Positions 1-14,200 of a stretch of 64,000 nucleotides of DNA are shown piece by piece. The notes under the pieces are model-generated. The model did not search any database and was not told where the DNA came from. It saw nothing but the letters and a program-made list of their open reading frames with translations. Both the position numbers and the translations under genes were made by a program. Position 1 is the stretch's first letter. Every line of letters starts with the position of its first letter. The stretch is from the human T2T-CHM13v2.0 reference genome, Homo sapiens. The DNA is taken from NCBI GenBank assembly GCA_009914755.4, contig CP068257.2, positions 23,776,001 through 23,840,000 of the forward strand, in the 5' to 3' direction.

Positions 1-931
1 AGGCTGGACTTCCAGCCTCACTCCTCAAGTCCCCACTAGCTTATCAACAGAGGAGGTCCAGAGGAAACTTAGAACAAGCTCAGTGGTAAAAAGGACATCC
101 TTGTCTCATAGTGACAGTGGAGCCACTCCTGCCTCTCCATGCCAGGGTGATGTCACAGAGAACCAGGGAAAAGCCTGAAGTCTCCTGCCCATTCAGCAGT
201 AATAAGAATTGCCTATCTTCAGGAGTCAACAGAGGCTGACTTGGGAACTGGGACTTCAATACTTGTAGCCCCACCTGGAAATAAGGAGACAGTGCCCCTT
301 TCACCCACCAAAGCATTACCAGAAGAAGACTGTTATACCAGATCAATAAGATCCAGAGTCTGATAATACCCTAAATGTCCAGGTTTCTATCAAAAATCTC
401 TTATACTAGGAACTGGGAAAATCTCAACATAAATGAGAAAAGATAATCAACAAACACCAACACCAAAATGACACAAAGGCCAGGAATATCTAACAATAAT
501 TTTAAAACAGCAATTATAAAAAAGCTTCAATAAACACTTATGAATGTGTTTGAGACAAACGAAAAACAGAAAGTCTCAGTGAAGAGATAGAAGATATAAA
601 GAAGACCCAAATGGAAATTTTATAATTGAAAAATACTATACCTTAAAAAAATTAATGGATAGTCTCAACAGCAGAATGGAGAGGAAAAAAGGATCAGTGA
701 AGTTGTAGAATAGGACTTTTCCAATTTGAACAACAAAGAGCAAATCGACTGGGAAAAAACTGAACAGAGCCTCAGGGACCTATGGGACAATCACCAAATA
801 TCTAATATCTGTGTCACTGATTAGTCTCAGAAAGGAGGGAGAAAGAGATTGGGTCTAGGAAAAGTATTCAGAGAGAGTCTGAAGATCTCAGCAATACTAG
901 CTCCCTGCATTTCCCACCCCACACATCCTCA

Positions 932-1334
<403 letters not shown>

Positions 1335-3885
1335 GATTTTGATAAAGTGTGTATGAGTTTAAAACTCCTTTTCTGACCCTAAAAATTTCCCAGTTCACTT
1401 TCTTTTATTCTGGTCCCTGACCATGATGCAAACCTGAGAAATCCACCAGAGACATAAAGTGGAGCTGTCAGTAGGACTGCACCCCAAATCAGGCAGTCTA
1501 GGCTGTGTTTGACTGTGGAGGAGAGGGAGGCAGGTGGGGCCACTCTGACCCGCAGATTTTATGTCCCGAGAAGGAGCAAAGAACTCTGCCACCATCCTGC
1601 TTCCTCTAACAAAGCCCCTGACAGAGCAGTCATGAGTAATGCTTCGACCTGGAGACCACCTAAGAATTTTATCTTTAAACAGTTAAAGAAGAGCTGTGAT
1701 TTTCAAAGTTTCTGCCAATCCTTATATTGTTAAATGTGCATTGCCAACCCGCAGTTTGTTTGAGAGAACATTTTATTGGGACTTTTTGTTACAAAAGGCA
1801 ATGTCTAGGGCAGAGTCTGGAATGAGAAGGTTGACACAAAGGAAGCTAAATAGCTAAATTGTTCCATTTAACAAATGATCGGTAAGTTCCACATGCAGTA
1901 ATAATGTGTGTTGTAAAAAGGTTTTGTCTGAAATGGGTGGGAGGTGAATTTAAGGACTTGAAGAAAAGGGGGAAAAGACTGTGGCACAAGAGAGCAGACC
2001 CACAAAAATAGTAGCAGGCCAGGAGCCAAAAAAAAAAAAAAGCATAAAAAATATCAGTCCCCTAAAGCAGAAATGGCTAATGAACTTAGGAAAGGTGATT
2101 CACTTATTCTATTTGAGGTCGTTTCCTTATTTGTGCTACATGACCAAACCTTCAGGTAAAGTAAATTCTCTGTTACAGCCCTGAGTTAATGATACAGAAG
2201 GTTTTGAAGGAAAGGTACTCCTTTCTGGCTTGGAATGAATTGGTATAGGCAGGAGACAGGTACCAGGAGGATAATAGCTCCAGAGCTAAAGAAAGTGATA
2301 TAGGAAATGGATACTAGGAAGTTTGTCAAATGGGAGAATATATAAGCCAAGAGCATCTTGTACCCACTTCTTTTCACTCATTGACTCAGGGAAATACGAG
2401 AAAGGGTATTAGTCAACTGCATCACTTATTGAATTTGTGGAAGAAGGGCTCATTTATTGAATTTGTATTTGAAAGGACAGCGTAACCTCAGAAGGCTGAA
2501 TGACTTGGAGCTACTTGGCTCACAAATTTCTTCTTCCTGAATATTTTTGAAATCTTGCAACTTACAGTACTTACCATTGAGCATCCCAAAGATTTCCAAG
2601 TAGATGTGGGGAACCTTGTCCCTTAGGGTATGGCATGAGTTTGTGCATGTGTTCTGCTCAGGGTTCCCTGTCAACAAATGAGACAAATACAAAAATTACA
2701 TAAATCTTGCCTAGTAAATAGAGGGAAGATATTCTAAGACAATGACAATTAAAAAAAAAATAGTCCGTCAAGTTGTCCTTGGCTGGACCTAACCATCAAT
2801 GAGAAAATGCATGCACAGGCTGGGAGGAAAATCATATTACGTGTTATGTGGAAACAAAACAGAAAAGTACTGGCCTTATTAGGTTACCACTTAAGAACCC
2901 TGCCGCTTAGGCTGGTGTCTTGGTTTGAGTCTTCCCCATAGCAGAGCCTAAGACAAGGACTTAGACTTGGGGGCAAGTGGTTTATTTGGAAGGAGATATC
3001 AGGAAGCTGAAATAAATGAGCAGAAGAGTGAGAAGAAGGAAAGGAAACATAAGGCTGTGTTATAAATGTGGGTTTTTTCTGCCGGGCCCTCTGAGAAGCA
3101 AACCAAACGCCCTGCAGTCATCCCCTTCCACCTCTCCCACTTCTGGCCAAAGACAAGAGGCTGAAAATTTTCTCCAACAGCTTCCCATTGTCCTTGGTTA
3201 ATGATTGCCCAAGGACAAAAATCCCTGCCTCTTCCAGTGTCCTCTTTCCTGAGCCAAATCCCAGGAAAACAGGAGATAGCTGCCAGCAAGAGATGAGTCT
3301 CTGAACTCTGAGAGATTGTCCACTGACACAGTGGCTGAAATCAGTAAGGGGCCGAGAGGAAGAGATGCAAAGTACCAAAAGCATCTGCCACTGCTCAGCG
3401 TTGAAAGTGGCCATACAAGTTCACATGGTGTCCTTGTTTTCAGTTCCTATGTACTTGTAAGTGGCAGCCACAGAGTAGAATTCAGACTTCCTGTCTCCAG
3501 AGAAGTGAAGCTTTTCTTCTTCATCATGCCTCCTGCCAAGAATTCAACCTTCAGCAAATCAACTCATCCACTTTTCAATTGCATCATGATGAGTAGGGTT
3601 GAAAGATAATATCTGTCACCACCCTCAAGAAGTGTGTAATTCACTGATAGAAACAGACATATAAAGAGATCGATTTTAATAGCATAGTGAGGATGAGAGA
3701 GGTACATACACAGACACAAGGCACTAGAAAAAGGCAGAGATGGCTCCCTGAGCCCAGCCTAGAAAGTGGAACACAAATGCCTGAAGGGGGCGTTACAGGT
3801 GCATAGAAGAACATGAAAAAGACCGTAGTAAAAAGCAAACCACCATGCTGTGTGCTTCTGTTTTTCTCGTTTGTTTCTTCCAACT

Positions 3886-4110
3886 GTTTTTGAATTGACA
3901 AATAAAAATTTTATATATTTATGGTGTACAACGTGGTTTAATTTTATGTGTACATTGTGGAATGGCTAAATCAAACAAATTAACATATGCATTACCTCAC
4001 ACTCAGTAATTTTCAAGTATACAGTATATTGTTATTAATTATAGTCATCATGATATATAATAGATCTCTTGAACTTATTCTTCCTGTCTAACTGAAATGT
4101 TCCTCCAACT
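3886..4110 (-). mobile_element. L1 (L1PB/L1MA-like) extreme 3' UTR fragment, antisense
   Basis: ttgacaaataaaaattttatatatttatggtgtacaacgtgg...cattgtggaatggctaaatcaaacaaattaacatatgcattacctcaca matches the reverse complement of the older-L1 3' end (…gtaatgcatatgttaattagcttgatttagccattccacaatgtatacat…ttttatttgtcaa). Confidence 0.7.
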
Positions 4111-7100
4111 TTTGGAACTGATGATAGCTTTTTCTTCACAGTTTTTAGGTGTAATAACTTTCACGTTTCATCCCATGAAGACAGGCTATTTCTGTCTTTC
4201 TTATTTCTCTACTCCCACTACAAACTTAAGAGACTCTCCATATTTGGTAAATGATTTAAAGAATGAAGGAAGGAGTGATTTTTATAATCTCTTTAAATTC
4301 TATAACCTACAAGAATATTAGGATCATTTCTTATTAGAAAAGACAGATTCATCAATTGGTGGCAAACATGAAACCCAGGAGGTTTCACACTGTATCTCTA
4401 AGACACTTAATATTTATCTTCCCTGAAACCATAGGGAATTGATGTTCCAGAAAAAAAATCATTTTACGTGTGTTTTTGTCATCTAAAAAGTATGTTTTGA
4501 GTAGTTTATTAGAATTATTTGGATATTTATGAATATTAAGGCTTTATTCATCACAAACAATACGGAAATAAGGGGAAATATGAGAGTCCCTTTGCTTCTC
4601 TCTAAGTTTTTAGCCTCTTCTTGAATATGTGCCCATGGTGCCTGGTGCCTGCAAGTGTTTTTTGTGAAGGTGGGTGGTTTTGATGCCCTGCTCATGGCAT
4701 TGGCCGTTAATTGAACCTGACCTTGGCAAGTACTGTCGACAGTAACAGTAGCTTGTCTACATTCCCAATTCAACAACAGCCATGTGCTTTAAGGTTATGT
4801 TTTTTATTTTTACTTTTAATTTTGTATACTTTGGTAGCATTCAATTTATATGTCTGAATTATTTTTTAATTTAAATATAAACTAGTATATCAGTTACTTA
4901 TCCAAAGGAATAATTCTTGGTCTATTTTTAAAGCATTTTTGTTGAATTTGTGATAGATTGGTTCAGACACATCTATAGTTAAGAGGCTTTGGTTTAGTTC
5001 TGAATTACAGCAGGAAGTTGCAAAATACTATATAAGCTCAGGAAAGTAGTCTATTTTCATGGAGCAAATTTCAGCTAGCCAATTTTTCTAGAACAGTCAA
5101 CTTGAAGATTTCATCCTTTCCACAAAAACTAATTGATTATCTACTATGGGTCAAACATTGTGCTACATGTTTATTCCAAATATCAATAGGTTCAAAATTA
5201 AATTTGCTATTTATATTATATTGGAAAACATTTTGAAGCTTCATAATGTATGCTAGGTCTATAAATATACTAGAATGAAGGACAGCAATCAGTCAGCATG
5301 AAACCATTCTTTTTGTATTCTACAGCTAACTGAACAAGGAAGGAAGAAAAGTGATGTCTGAGTTTGCTAATATGTTACATATCTATGAGCACCAGAAATG
5401 AGGTCTAATAGTTAACAATTTATAAATCAAAGAAAGATTTATCCTGGGAAATTGATTTCTATTTGAACACGAATGTATTAATAAAAATTCTGATATAAGT
5501 AGAATAGTTTCATATTTACCAGTATCTTGGCATGGTCCCTTTAACCACTCTATTTTTGATTATTTAAATTAAAATGATAAAGAGAAAGGGAAAAGAGATA
5601 GAATATTAAGAAAATTACCACTGGAATAAAGACGTTTGAATAGATTTAATTTAAATGACTTTAAACCATTTTAGAGAATTATTCTGGTCTGATTCATTAA
5701 TCTAATATTATTATAAATGATTACATTAATTTTATTAAATCCTTTTTATCAACAATGTGATCAACTTGGTAGATAGATGAAGAAAAACACAAAAATCAAA
5801 TCTAACTAAGTTCAAAGTTGTGACCAGAACCTAGTCATGTCAGTTATTTATAATCATAGAGTTTGAGCTTAGGAAATAAAAATATAGTTATGACCTTTAA
5901 AAATTGTTATGGAAAATATCCTATCTCACCAATTTCTCTCTTCTTAGTATTCCCTTATAGCCATTTTTTTCTACTTTGCATTATTTTAAGCTTTTATGTT
6001 TTAAGTATAGATGAGCTTTTTTATTTACCAAAAACTCTCCTTTCTGCCTCAAACACCTTTTTCTCTGTGTCTCTTTCTCTCGTTCACTTTTACATACACA
6101 CATACCACACATGCAGTCTTCTTATTTTCGGTCCTATAATCAATGAACCGTGAAACATTTGTTCTTTGTCGCTTCCCTTTTTCACTTTTTAGAAAAGGAA
6201 TATTATATCTGTTTCTACATAAGAAAGTCAGTGGAAATTTGAAGTAAACTTCTAGATGACTATCCATAGTATACAGTTTTTTAATATCAAGAAAACCAAA
6301 GCACATGTCAATTTTATGCCCCTAATTATTCAAAGTTTGCCTTCACTATACTTATTCCAAATGATAATTGTGAAGAAAAAGCAGCATTTGTAGCCTTTCT
6401 TCTCAATGATATTGAACATACCTTTTATCGTGGAGCTGCTGGAGAAAAACAGTAGAATTCTCCTGTTGTTGAATCAAAATCAAATTCCATTTTCCAGAGA
6501 TTGTTTCATATTTGTTCCTAAAATAATAATGACAGCTCCTCACATCCAAATAACATGCAGAAAAATATATACATGCAATTGCCAGGAAGAACTAAAAATT
6601 TTTTCAAAACCTTTCTGGGTTCTCTAATTTCTATTTAGAAAGTCACTGAAGTGGCAAGACTTCAAATAAGGAAATTCCCCACTGATTGTAAGTTTTGTAA
6701 CTTATACTGGATCAGAGAAGCCTGAAGAAGCTGGGATCCCTGGGGACGCACCCTAGGAGGTTATCTCTTCTGCAGTAGTGACTTTCCTCTCTACATAGAG
6801 AATGTTCTATAGGACTGACAAGCCCCTATGAAAATAACTTGGATTTTAGATATCATAAAAAAGTGCGATGCAAATCCTCTTCCCTTCTATTCTTTCTATT
6901 CCTAGCTTCATGGAATCAACCTATTTCCAATCATTTTTCTCTACAATCTTGTAACTTTAACTATAAAAGGAGACACCATCCCATTGTTTATTTTGTGTTT
7001 ATTTAGAAACTTCTATGATTTCTAATTATTTACAAGGAAAAGGAATCACTCTTTTAAAATATGCAGAGTGTAAACATAAAGGACAATAAGAGAGAGAAAG

Positions 7101-7789
7101 GAGACACAATATCAAGAAACGCACAGCTGGAATAAAAATATCTTGAAAAGAATGAACCTGTCTATAATTATGCCCACTTCTTCTGTAGTTATTTAAAGAT
7201 TACCCCATGAATTGAAAGAGGAAGCTTAGGTGATTCATTACAGTAAGAAAAAGAATAAAAAAACAGAGTTATGCTAACTTTCTTTTGGGTCTCCCACCTT
7301 CTACATCTCAACTACTACCTAAATGTATATCACAGCATCATTAGCCTGGTCTTGTAATTCACAGTGGCCATCTTCCCCCACTCCGGGAGGACTTGATCTA
7401 TTTAAAATGGGCTTCAGCCTTTCCAAGTTCTACCTCTTTTTACTGAATTCCTTGGTGTTTCCAGTATAGAGACAACAGAGGAAATACAATGGGTTCAAAA
7501 GCCAGATACATATTTTCCCAACTGTAACTTCCATGAATCCCACAATCCCCAAAGTATAAAACCCACATTCACACCTTGTGATTCTTGCAAGTGACTCCCA
7601 TCTGGGAATAAGGTGTGGGTAAAGATGAATGAGAAGAACTTAGCAAGAGTCAGGGCTGTAACTTCACTTGCTTTAGAGGCAATGCCAATCATTGGTATCT
7701 GGTCACATATTTGGTATTTAATACACTTATTTTTGTTTTTTGGTTTTGGGGTTTTTTATGATTAATTCATTTTATTTTATTTTTTTAAT

Positions 7790-8230
7790 TTGTCAATTTT
7801 TTATTTAAATAGGTTTTTGGGGAACATGGGGTGTTTGGTTACGTGAATAAGTTCTTTAATGGTGATTTCCAAGATTTTGGTGCACCCATCACCCAAGCAG
7901 GGTACACTGTACCCAACATGTAGTCATTTATCCCTTGCCATCCCCTACCTTCTCCCCTAAGTCCCCAAAGTCCAATGTATCATTCTTATGCCTTTGCATC
8001 CTTATAGTTTAGCTCCCACATATTAGTGAAAACAACGATGTTTGGTTTTCCATTCCTGAGTTACTTTACTTAGAATAATAGTCTCCAGTTCCATCCAGGC
8101 TACTTTAAATGCTATTATTTCATTCCTTTTAATTGCTGAGTAGTATTCCATGGTATATCATTCAGGCTGGTTCCAAATTTTTACAATTGCAAATTGTAAT
8201 ACACATATTTTTGATAGAATAAAGAAGTGA
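7790..8230 (-). mobile_element. L1 (L1PA7+/L1PB-like) 3' end fragment, antisense, 5'-truncated
   Basis: ggggaacatggggtgtttggttacgtgaataagttctttaatggtgatttccaagattttggtgcacccatcacccaagcagggtacactgtacccaacatgtag ... gagtagtattccatggtatat is the reverse complement of the L1 3' UTR/ORF2 end. Confidence 0.8.
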
Positions 8231-11200
8231 AGAAATGAAAGTACAGTAGCAACACATCAAATAAAACAGATACCTGGAGGCATAAATATGGCATCTTGGA
8301 GACACATTTTTTTTTGGATAGACTAAGATAAAACATTGATGCTGTTGACTTGTCTCAGCTGTAAGTCAGCCACATCTGGCCCTCATCTCTCTCTTGGCAA
8401 AATTTCTGCTAAACTTTATTAGTTTTCAACTTTTCTCTTGTTAATGACTTCAAATTTTTCTCATTATTAAATAATTTAGTATAGTGTCTGATCAAAATCC
8501 TTCTTTGAATTGTGATAGAGAAATCAAAGTGAAAAAATAAAAGTCATTTGCAAAATCACTGTGGTGACTCAGCTGTCGAAAATAATTCAAACTGGACTTT
8601 CGATATACTAACATATAGCCCCAAATAGTATCAAAATTATTATTTGACCACCGGAAGAGGCCTACTAAGTATCCCTATCCATAATAGAATTTAAGTCATT
8701 TCTTAACCAGAAAATACACAAAACAAGTCTATGTACTGAAATTGACCTGTATACTAAGTAGGAATAAGGAAATTTAGTCCTTTTGTTCAAATCTATGAAA
8801 AATTGCTTCCTTTTTGGGCGGATCTGTTCCAAAAAGTGTTTTGTTTGACTTTACCAAATCTACCATTTGTTTGAGATTTAGTCTGGATCTTTTCAAATGA
8901 AAAACATGAAAGTTTAAGAAAGCTTTGCTCAATACCACACAAAGCAAAATATTTCTTCAACATAGAATTTACTACTCAAGCATTTTTTTTCTAGTTAACT
9001 GCACAAATCAGATTTACTGGATTTTAATGAAAGTAATTATATTAAGAATTAACAACATTCTTCAAATTGTGGCTCATAAAATGTTTGCTAAATACCCCAT
9101 TTAATACTTCCATTGAAAATTTCCTATTCATTTCTTAACCAGAGTTACGGAGAAACACATTAAATTATATTAAGTTCAAGTGCCAAGTAATTAACAAAAA
9201 AAAAAATTTGTTTAGTATGTCTGTTTTATATGACCCTCAATATTTAATCATTTAAATCTCACTTCTAATTATGTCTATTAATATTATTAAACAAACTTTA
9301 GCCTGACAATAAATACAAATTCCCAAGTAAGTATTAGACCACTCTAGGGTATAATAGTATTTCTAATCTGATGTTTACCTATGTTTTGTTTTTCATCTAC
9401 AACACTGACTTTTTTTTTAAGTGGACACAGTAGTTGATTGTGAAGTATTTGAATGTCACACAAGAAATATAAATGTGGGTGCTGACCTCAAAGCACACAG
9501 AAGCTAGGGATGATAGGGTTTTCACATAGTTTAAGGCAGATTCTAATCTGAATGGTACAGCCAAAAAATAATTTTTTTAAGGGTAGAAGTCTTTGTTGAC
9601 TGAAAAATAGTTAAGCTCAAAAAAAGGGTGAAAGTCGACCTTATCTACTGAAGACAATGAGACAATGACAGGAATTCTAGGGGTCCCATATTTGCAGATA
9701 CGGAGGTTGGGTACGAGTTAAAAGGTCACAACACAGATGTAGATGTGATGCTTTTCATCATCAAAAGCATGGTAAAAACTCTAAGTAGATAAAACTCTGT
9801 GAAGGGATTGGTGTAAAAAGGAGAAGAGAAAGCTAAGGACCAATCCTTGAGACACTCCAATGACTGTGATGTAGGAGGGAAAAGCGGGACCCGTGAAGAA
9901 AAGATTGAAGATGTTGTGGTGACACATAATAGAAGAGCAAGAAGTTTTTCAAAGACGAGGTTCTCAAGAAAATCACATGCAGCTGAATGACCCAAGAGGT
10001 GGAAGATTTTAAAAGGCCATTTATTTTCACTAGCAATATGTCACCAATGAGCCATTTCAGGAGTCTATGTTCCAGTAGGCTAAGATTCAATTTCAAAGTT
10101 TACAAATAAAATGAAATGAAAAAAATGAGAGTAAGCATAGACTACTCATTATAAGAGTTGATCATGAAAAGAAATAAATTTTAAGTTTATTAAATAGGTA
10201 TCAATATCCAAAGAAAAACGTTGATTTCTTTAAGGCAAGTGATCCCTGGGCATGACTGGTAACAAGAAAGAATTTAAAAAGGAAAGACTGAGGACCCTAA
10301 GAAGAGTGGAGTGTGGCAAGGTGTGGGAGCAATGTCTGAAAAGCCACAATCAAGGATGTGTCCCAAAGCAGAGAAGAAAGGTTGACTTTTAAAATTAGAA
10401 TAAAAGTAATACTGGTTAACATTTATTGAGCAGTGATTATTTGCACAGAACTGTTTAAATGCTGAATGTACATTATCTCCTTAACTACTTATGAAAACCT
10501 TACAAGGTAGATATCATCATTCCCACTTCCCCTACAAAGAAAGTGAAACCAAAATAAATTAATTCCCCATGATGTCCTAGAAAGTGTGAGGTGGTGTCCA
10601 AACACAGACCTATCTGACTCAAGCTCATGCACTGAAAATTTCTGTTTCTGATTCATTGCTCAGTGTCACAAGGTGTAAGAACACAATTCTAACTTTGTTT
10701 GAGTGGTAGAAGTTATGTTCTTAAAGCTAATATACTAACATATAATTTGAACACTCACAGCTTCTGAAACTGAAAATACACATTCTTCATCCAATGTTTG
10801 CTGTATAGTGTATGCTCAGAGGGGACTCTGAAAGTGGAAAGGGATAAATTCTTACTCCTAGGGCAATTCCTTCTAATGAGGAGAAATCCCTTGATTTCCT
10901 TGGGTGGGGTACACAAACAGAGAAAGATATTAAATAAGGCTTATTTTTATAATTTTATTTCAAGGAGAAAAAAAAATCTCTTCTACTATGCCACCTCTTT
11001 TGTGAATATTGGAGTGGTGTATAAACCCTGAACTTACGCCTCTCTCCTGAGCCAACTCTAACCACACTAAGCCCTATCACCATGAGGAGGTGATAGGGCT
11101 TTTTTAAATAACTTTTTGAGGAACAAAAGTTATTAAACTGAAGAGAAATGTTATCTCAATCATCATTCTGGTGCTAAATCCAAAAGATTCTTTTCAGACT

Positions 11201-14200
11201 TTTTCACTTCTCTGTAGAATATGAAGCTGCTCCTCATCCCTTCTAGTCGTTCTCACCTCCCTTTGTTTTATTGACTATAGTCATTTAATAAATCTACATG
11301 CTTTTCACATACTTTTCACAGGCTCCTCTCCTCTACCCACCCTCTAAATGTTGGAGCTTCTTTGCTCATCTTCTCCTTTCTGTTTCTTCACACTGTCCCT
11401 AAAAGGTCTCTTCCTCTCTACTGACTTGAACTACCACCTCTATGCTGATGAGTTCCAGAAGCATATCTTTAGCTTGGACCTCTCTGCAGAGCTCCAGATA
11501 CATATGTACTATCCTAAACCTCCCTCTCTGGGTGTCCTGTAGAGGTACCCCATCATTTTCACAATAAACTGTTCCTCCTGTATAGCCATTCGTTTGATCA
11601 AACACTCAGTCGAGACAGAAAATTAGTTATTACCTTTGAGGGTGTTTTCTTCTTTATTCATCTCCTCTTCACATTCAATTCAACCAGTAAATTCAGTAAA
11701 TTCTGTTCTAAGTATTCCTCAAATCTTCTCTTCCTCTTCATCCTAATGATCACTGTCTTATTTCAGGAGTCATCTTTTCTTGCATGGACCAGTTTTTAAC
11801 AGAAAACTCTGGTGTCCCTGCCTCCAGTCTTGGTCACTTCCAAATCTGATCTGCACATGGCCTCCAAAGTGATATTTCTAAAATTCAGATTTAATCATAT
11901 TACTCGTATTCATAAAATCATCAACATCTTCCCATTGATTTATAGAAAAATTCAATCTGTTAAGGGTGCTATAAATGATGCCATACAAGGCTCCTACCCT
12001 TTACTCTCATCCTCAATCACTCCCGTATTTTCACTCTAGGTCCCAACTTTACAAAAATGATGTGTTGTTTCCAGAATGTGCACACTCCCTGCCCAATGAC
12101 TGAAATATGGCTGCCCTCCATCACTGTGGGTTGCCTGTTACTCCCCCACCACAATTACCTTCTCCAGAATGCCTTGTCTCATCCTGTCAACCCAGCTTAT
12201 GTGCCTTCTCTATAGCCTCTTAGAGTCTATACTTTCTTTCATTGTAACCTGCTCGGTTTATTACTAACAGGTTTACCAGTATCATTAGAATCTCAGTCAC
12301 TTAAAGGTAAATAATGGTATCTGGAAGCAGTAGAATATATTAATTAAGAGAAGCAGATTTGGAACAAAATAAACGTGGATTTGACTCCCGAAACATCCAC
12401 TTACTTAATAATTGTTTATGTGCAGAGGGGGCCAGGTAGGTTCATGTCTCTGAACTCTAGCCTCTGTATCTATAAAATATACCCGATCATACCTTCTTCT
12501 GAGTGTTTTTTTTTTTTTAGGATTAAAATGAAATAGTACATAGTAAGACCTTGACATAGTACTTGAAGCATGTTAAAATGATATTGTCTTATCCCATTTT
12601 GCCCAACATGTAGCCACCTAGCTACTACATCGTAAGTATTTAGAAAGTACATACATTTGTTACCAGTGCCCCATGATAGCAGTGCCTGATGAAGTCATAA
12701 TGCAATGGAGAGCAAATAGAACAAGTGGAGTCTTCTGAATCCTAATGCACTTTACTGATTCTAGAAAGAATAAATGAGAGGCTATGCAAAATCTCAAGCT
12801 CAGCTAAGGAATATATTTTGTTGAAGGTTTGTGCTTCCATTTTATGGTGATTGGAAAGGGACTGAGCTAGAAAGAAACTGAGCTAGAAAGGAGCTCAGTT
12901 CCTCTCCAATCATCACAAAAATTTACATTCCATAGTATGCAACATCTTGTCAGGAAAAACAAATATAATCCTTCACATGCAATCTTTGCTCACAATTATG
13001 AGATACTGTCTTTATGGGTCTAAATCAGAAATACTGTCTTCTTACAGACTCTTGATGTGATCTGTGCTCATCCTTAATCCTTGGTAAAGTTCCAAAATGG
13101 CTCTGGATCCTACTGACATCTGTTACTAAGGATAATGCATGAAGGAGATGAAGATATCTGTTCTCAATAAACAGAGAAAACATTACTAAAGAAAATGTAG
13201 ATCAATTTCAGATCTCCTTATCCATAGATAAGGAAATGCAAGTTATTAGAGACCTATGAAAAATTGCTGTTCAGACATAAAGATGCATCTTTTTATTTCA
13301 GATCTTTACCACTTAAGTTTAGCCTAGTATTTTTTAAGGCCAATGAAACAGTTGGTGAAAAAGAATAAATGCATTTGTGATCTCCAGTGTGTTCTCTCCA
13401 TTCTAGCAAAAAAAAAAAATTCCAAAAACACTTGTTCATACAGCTACAAGTTTGAGGCTTTTCATAGGAAATAAGATTTGAGGTCTAGACTAATTGATTT
13501 TATAGCTTCACAACTGAATTTTGTAATGTAGCCACAGGTCCATACACAGCAGAAGCTTAGATTAATCCTTTCCAAAAATAAAAGGAAAAAATCCATGTGA
13601 ATCACTTCTAAATGCCTCTGTATTGCAAATGAATGATGTTTGGGTGTGCATTTATACTACTTGTCTAAGATAAGACCTATTTAACAAGATATAGTTTATA
13701 CCTCATTAAAGCAACATCTACTTCTCTTGCTTGGTTACTGGTCTTTCACAGCCAGTCCAATTGGCCAATATAAAATACACTTCCATTCTGAAACCTAAGT
13801 TCCACAAGAGAAAGAACATTTTTCTTTTTAAGTAGATGTATTTCATTATCTTTAAGAGTTTATATTATATACATGACATTACCCCCATTTAATTTTTGTG
13901 CTGGTCAGGGATTATTCAGTGATGAAAAAAGTTTTCCCAAATGAGGGCAAATAAAAACATTTTTGCTGGAAGACTATAAAGGACAACTTCATAGACATTC
14001 AAAAGTGAAAAATAAAATACACCCAGACCTCTTATAAATATATTGGGAACTGGAAAATCAGAAACTGAGATCATCTCTCTTAATTCACATGATTTCTCAT
14101 CTCCTTCTCACTAGTACACTTTACCTCCTGATTTCTGGTCCAATCCATTGAACCCATTTTTTTCACTCAATGTGAGTAAATGTCATATAAAAGGTTGCAG

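Noticed and set aside
3000-3640. Possible LTR-like or ancient-repeat segment (GC-richer, with motifs like tgtgggttttttctgccgg)
   Set aside because: No family I can name from memory. No terminal TG...CA plus TSD structure found by eye.
9700-10400. Ancient-repeat-like stretch (possible DNA-transposon or L2 relic)
   Set aside because: No terminal inverted repeats or diagnostic consensus recognised. Left unannotated.
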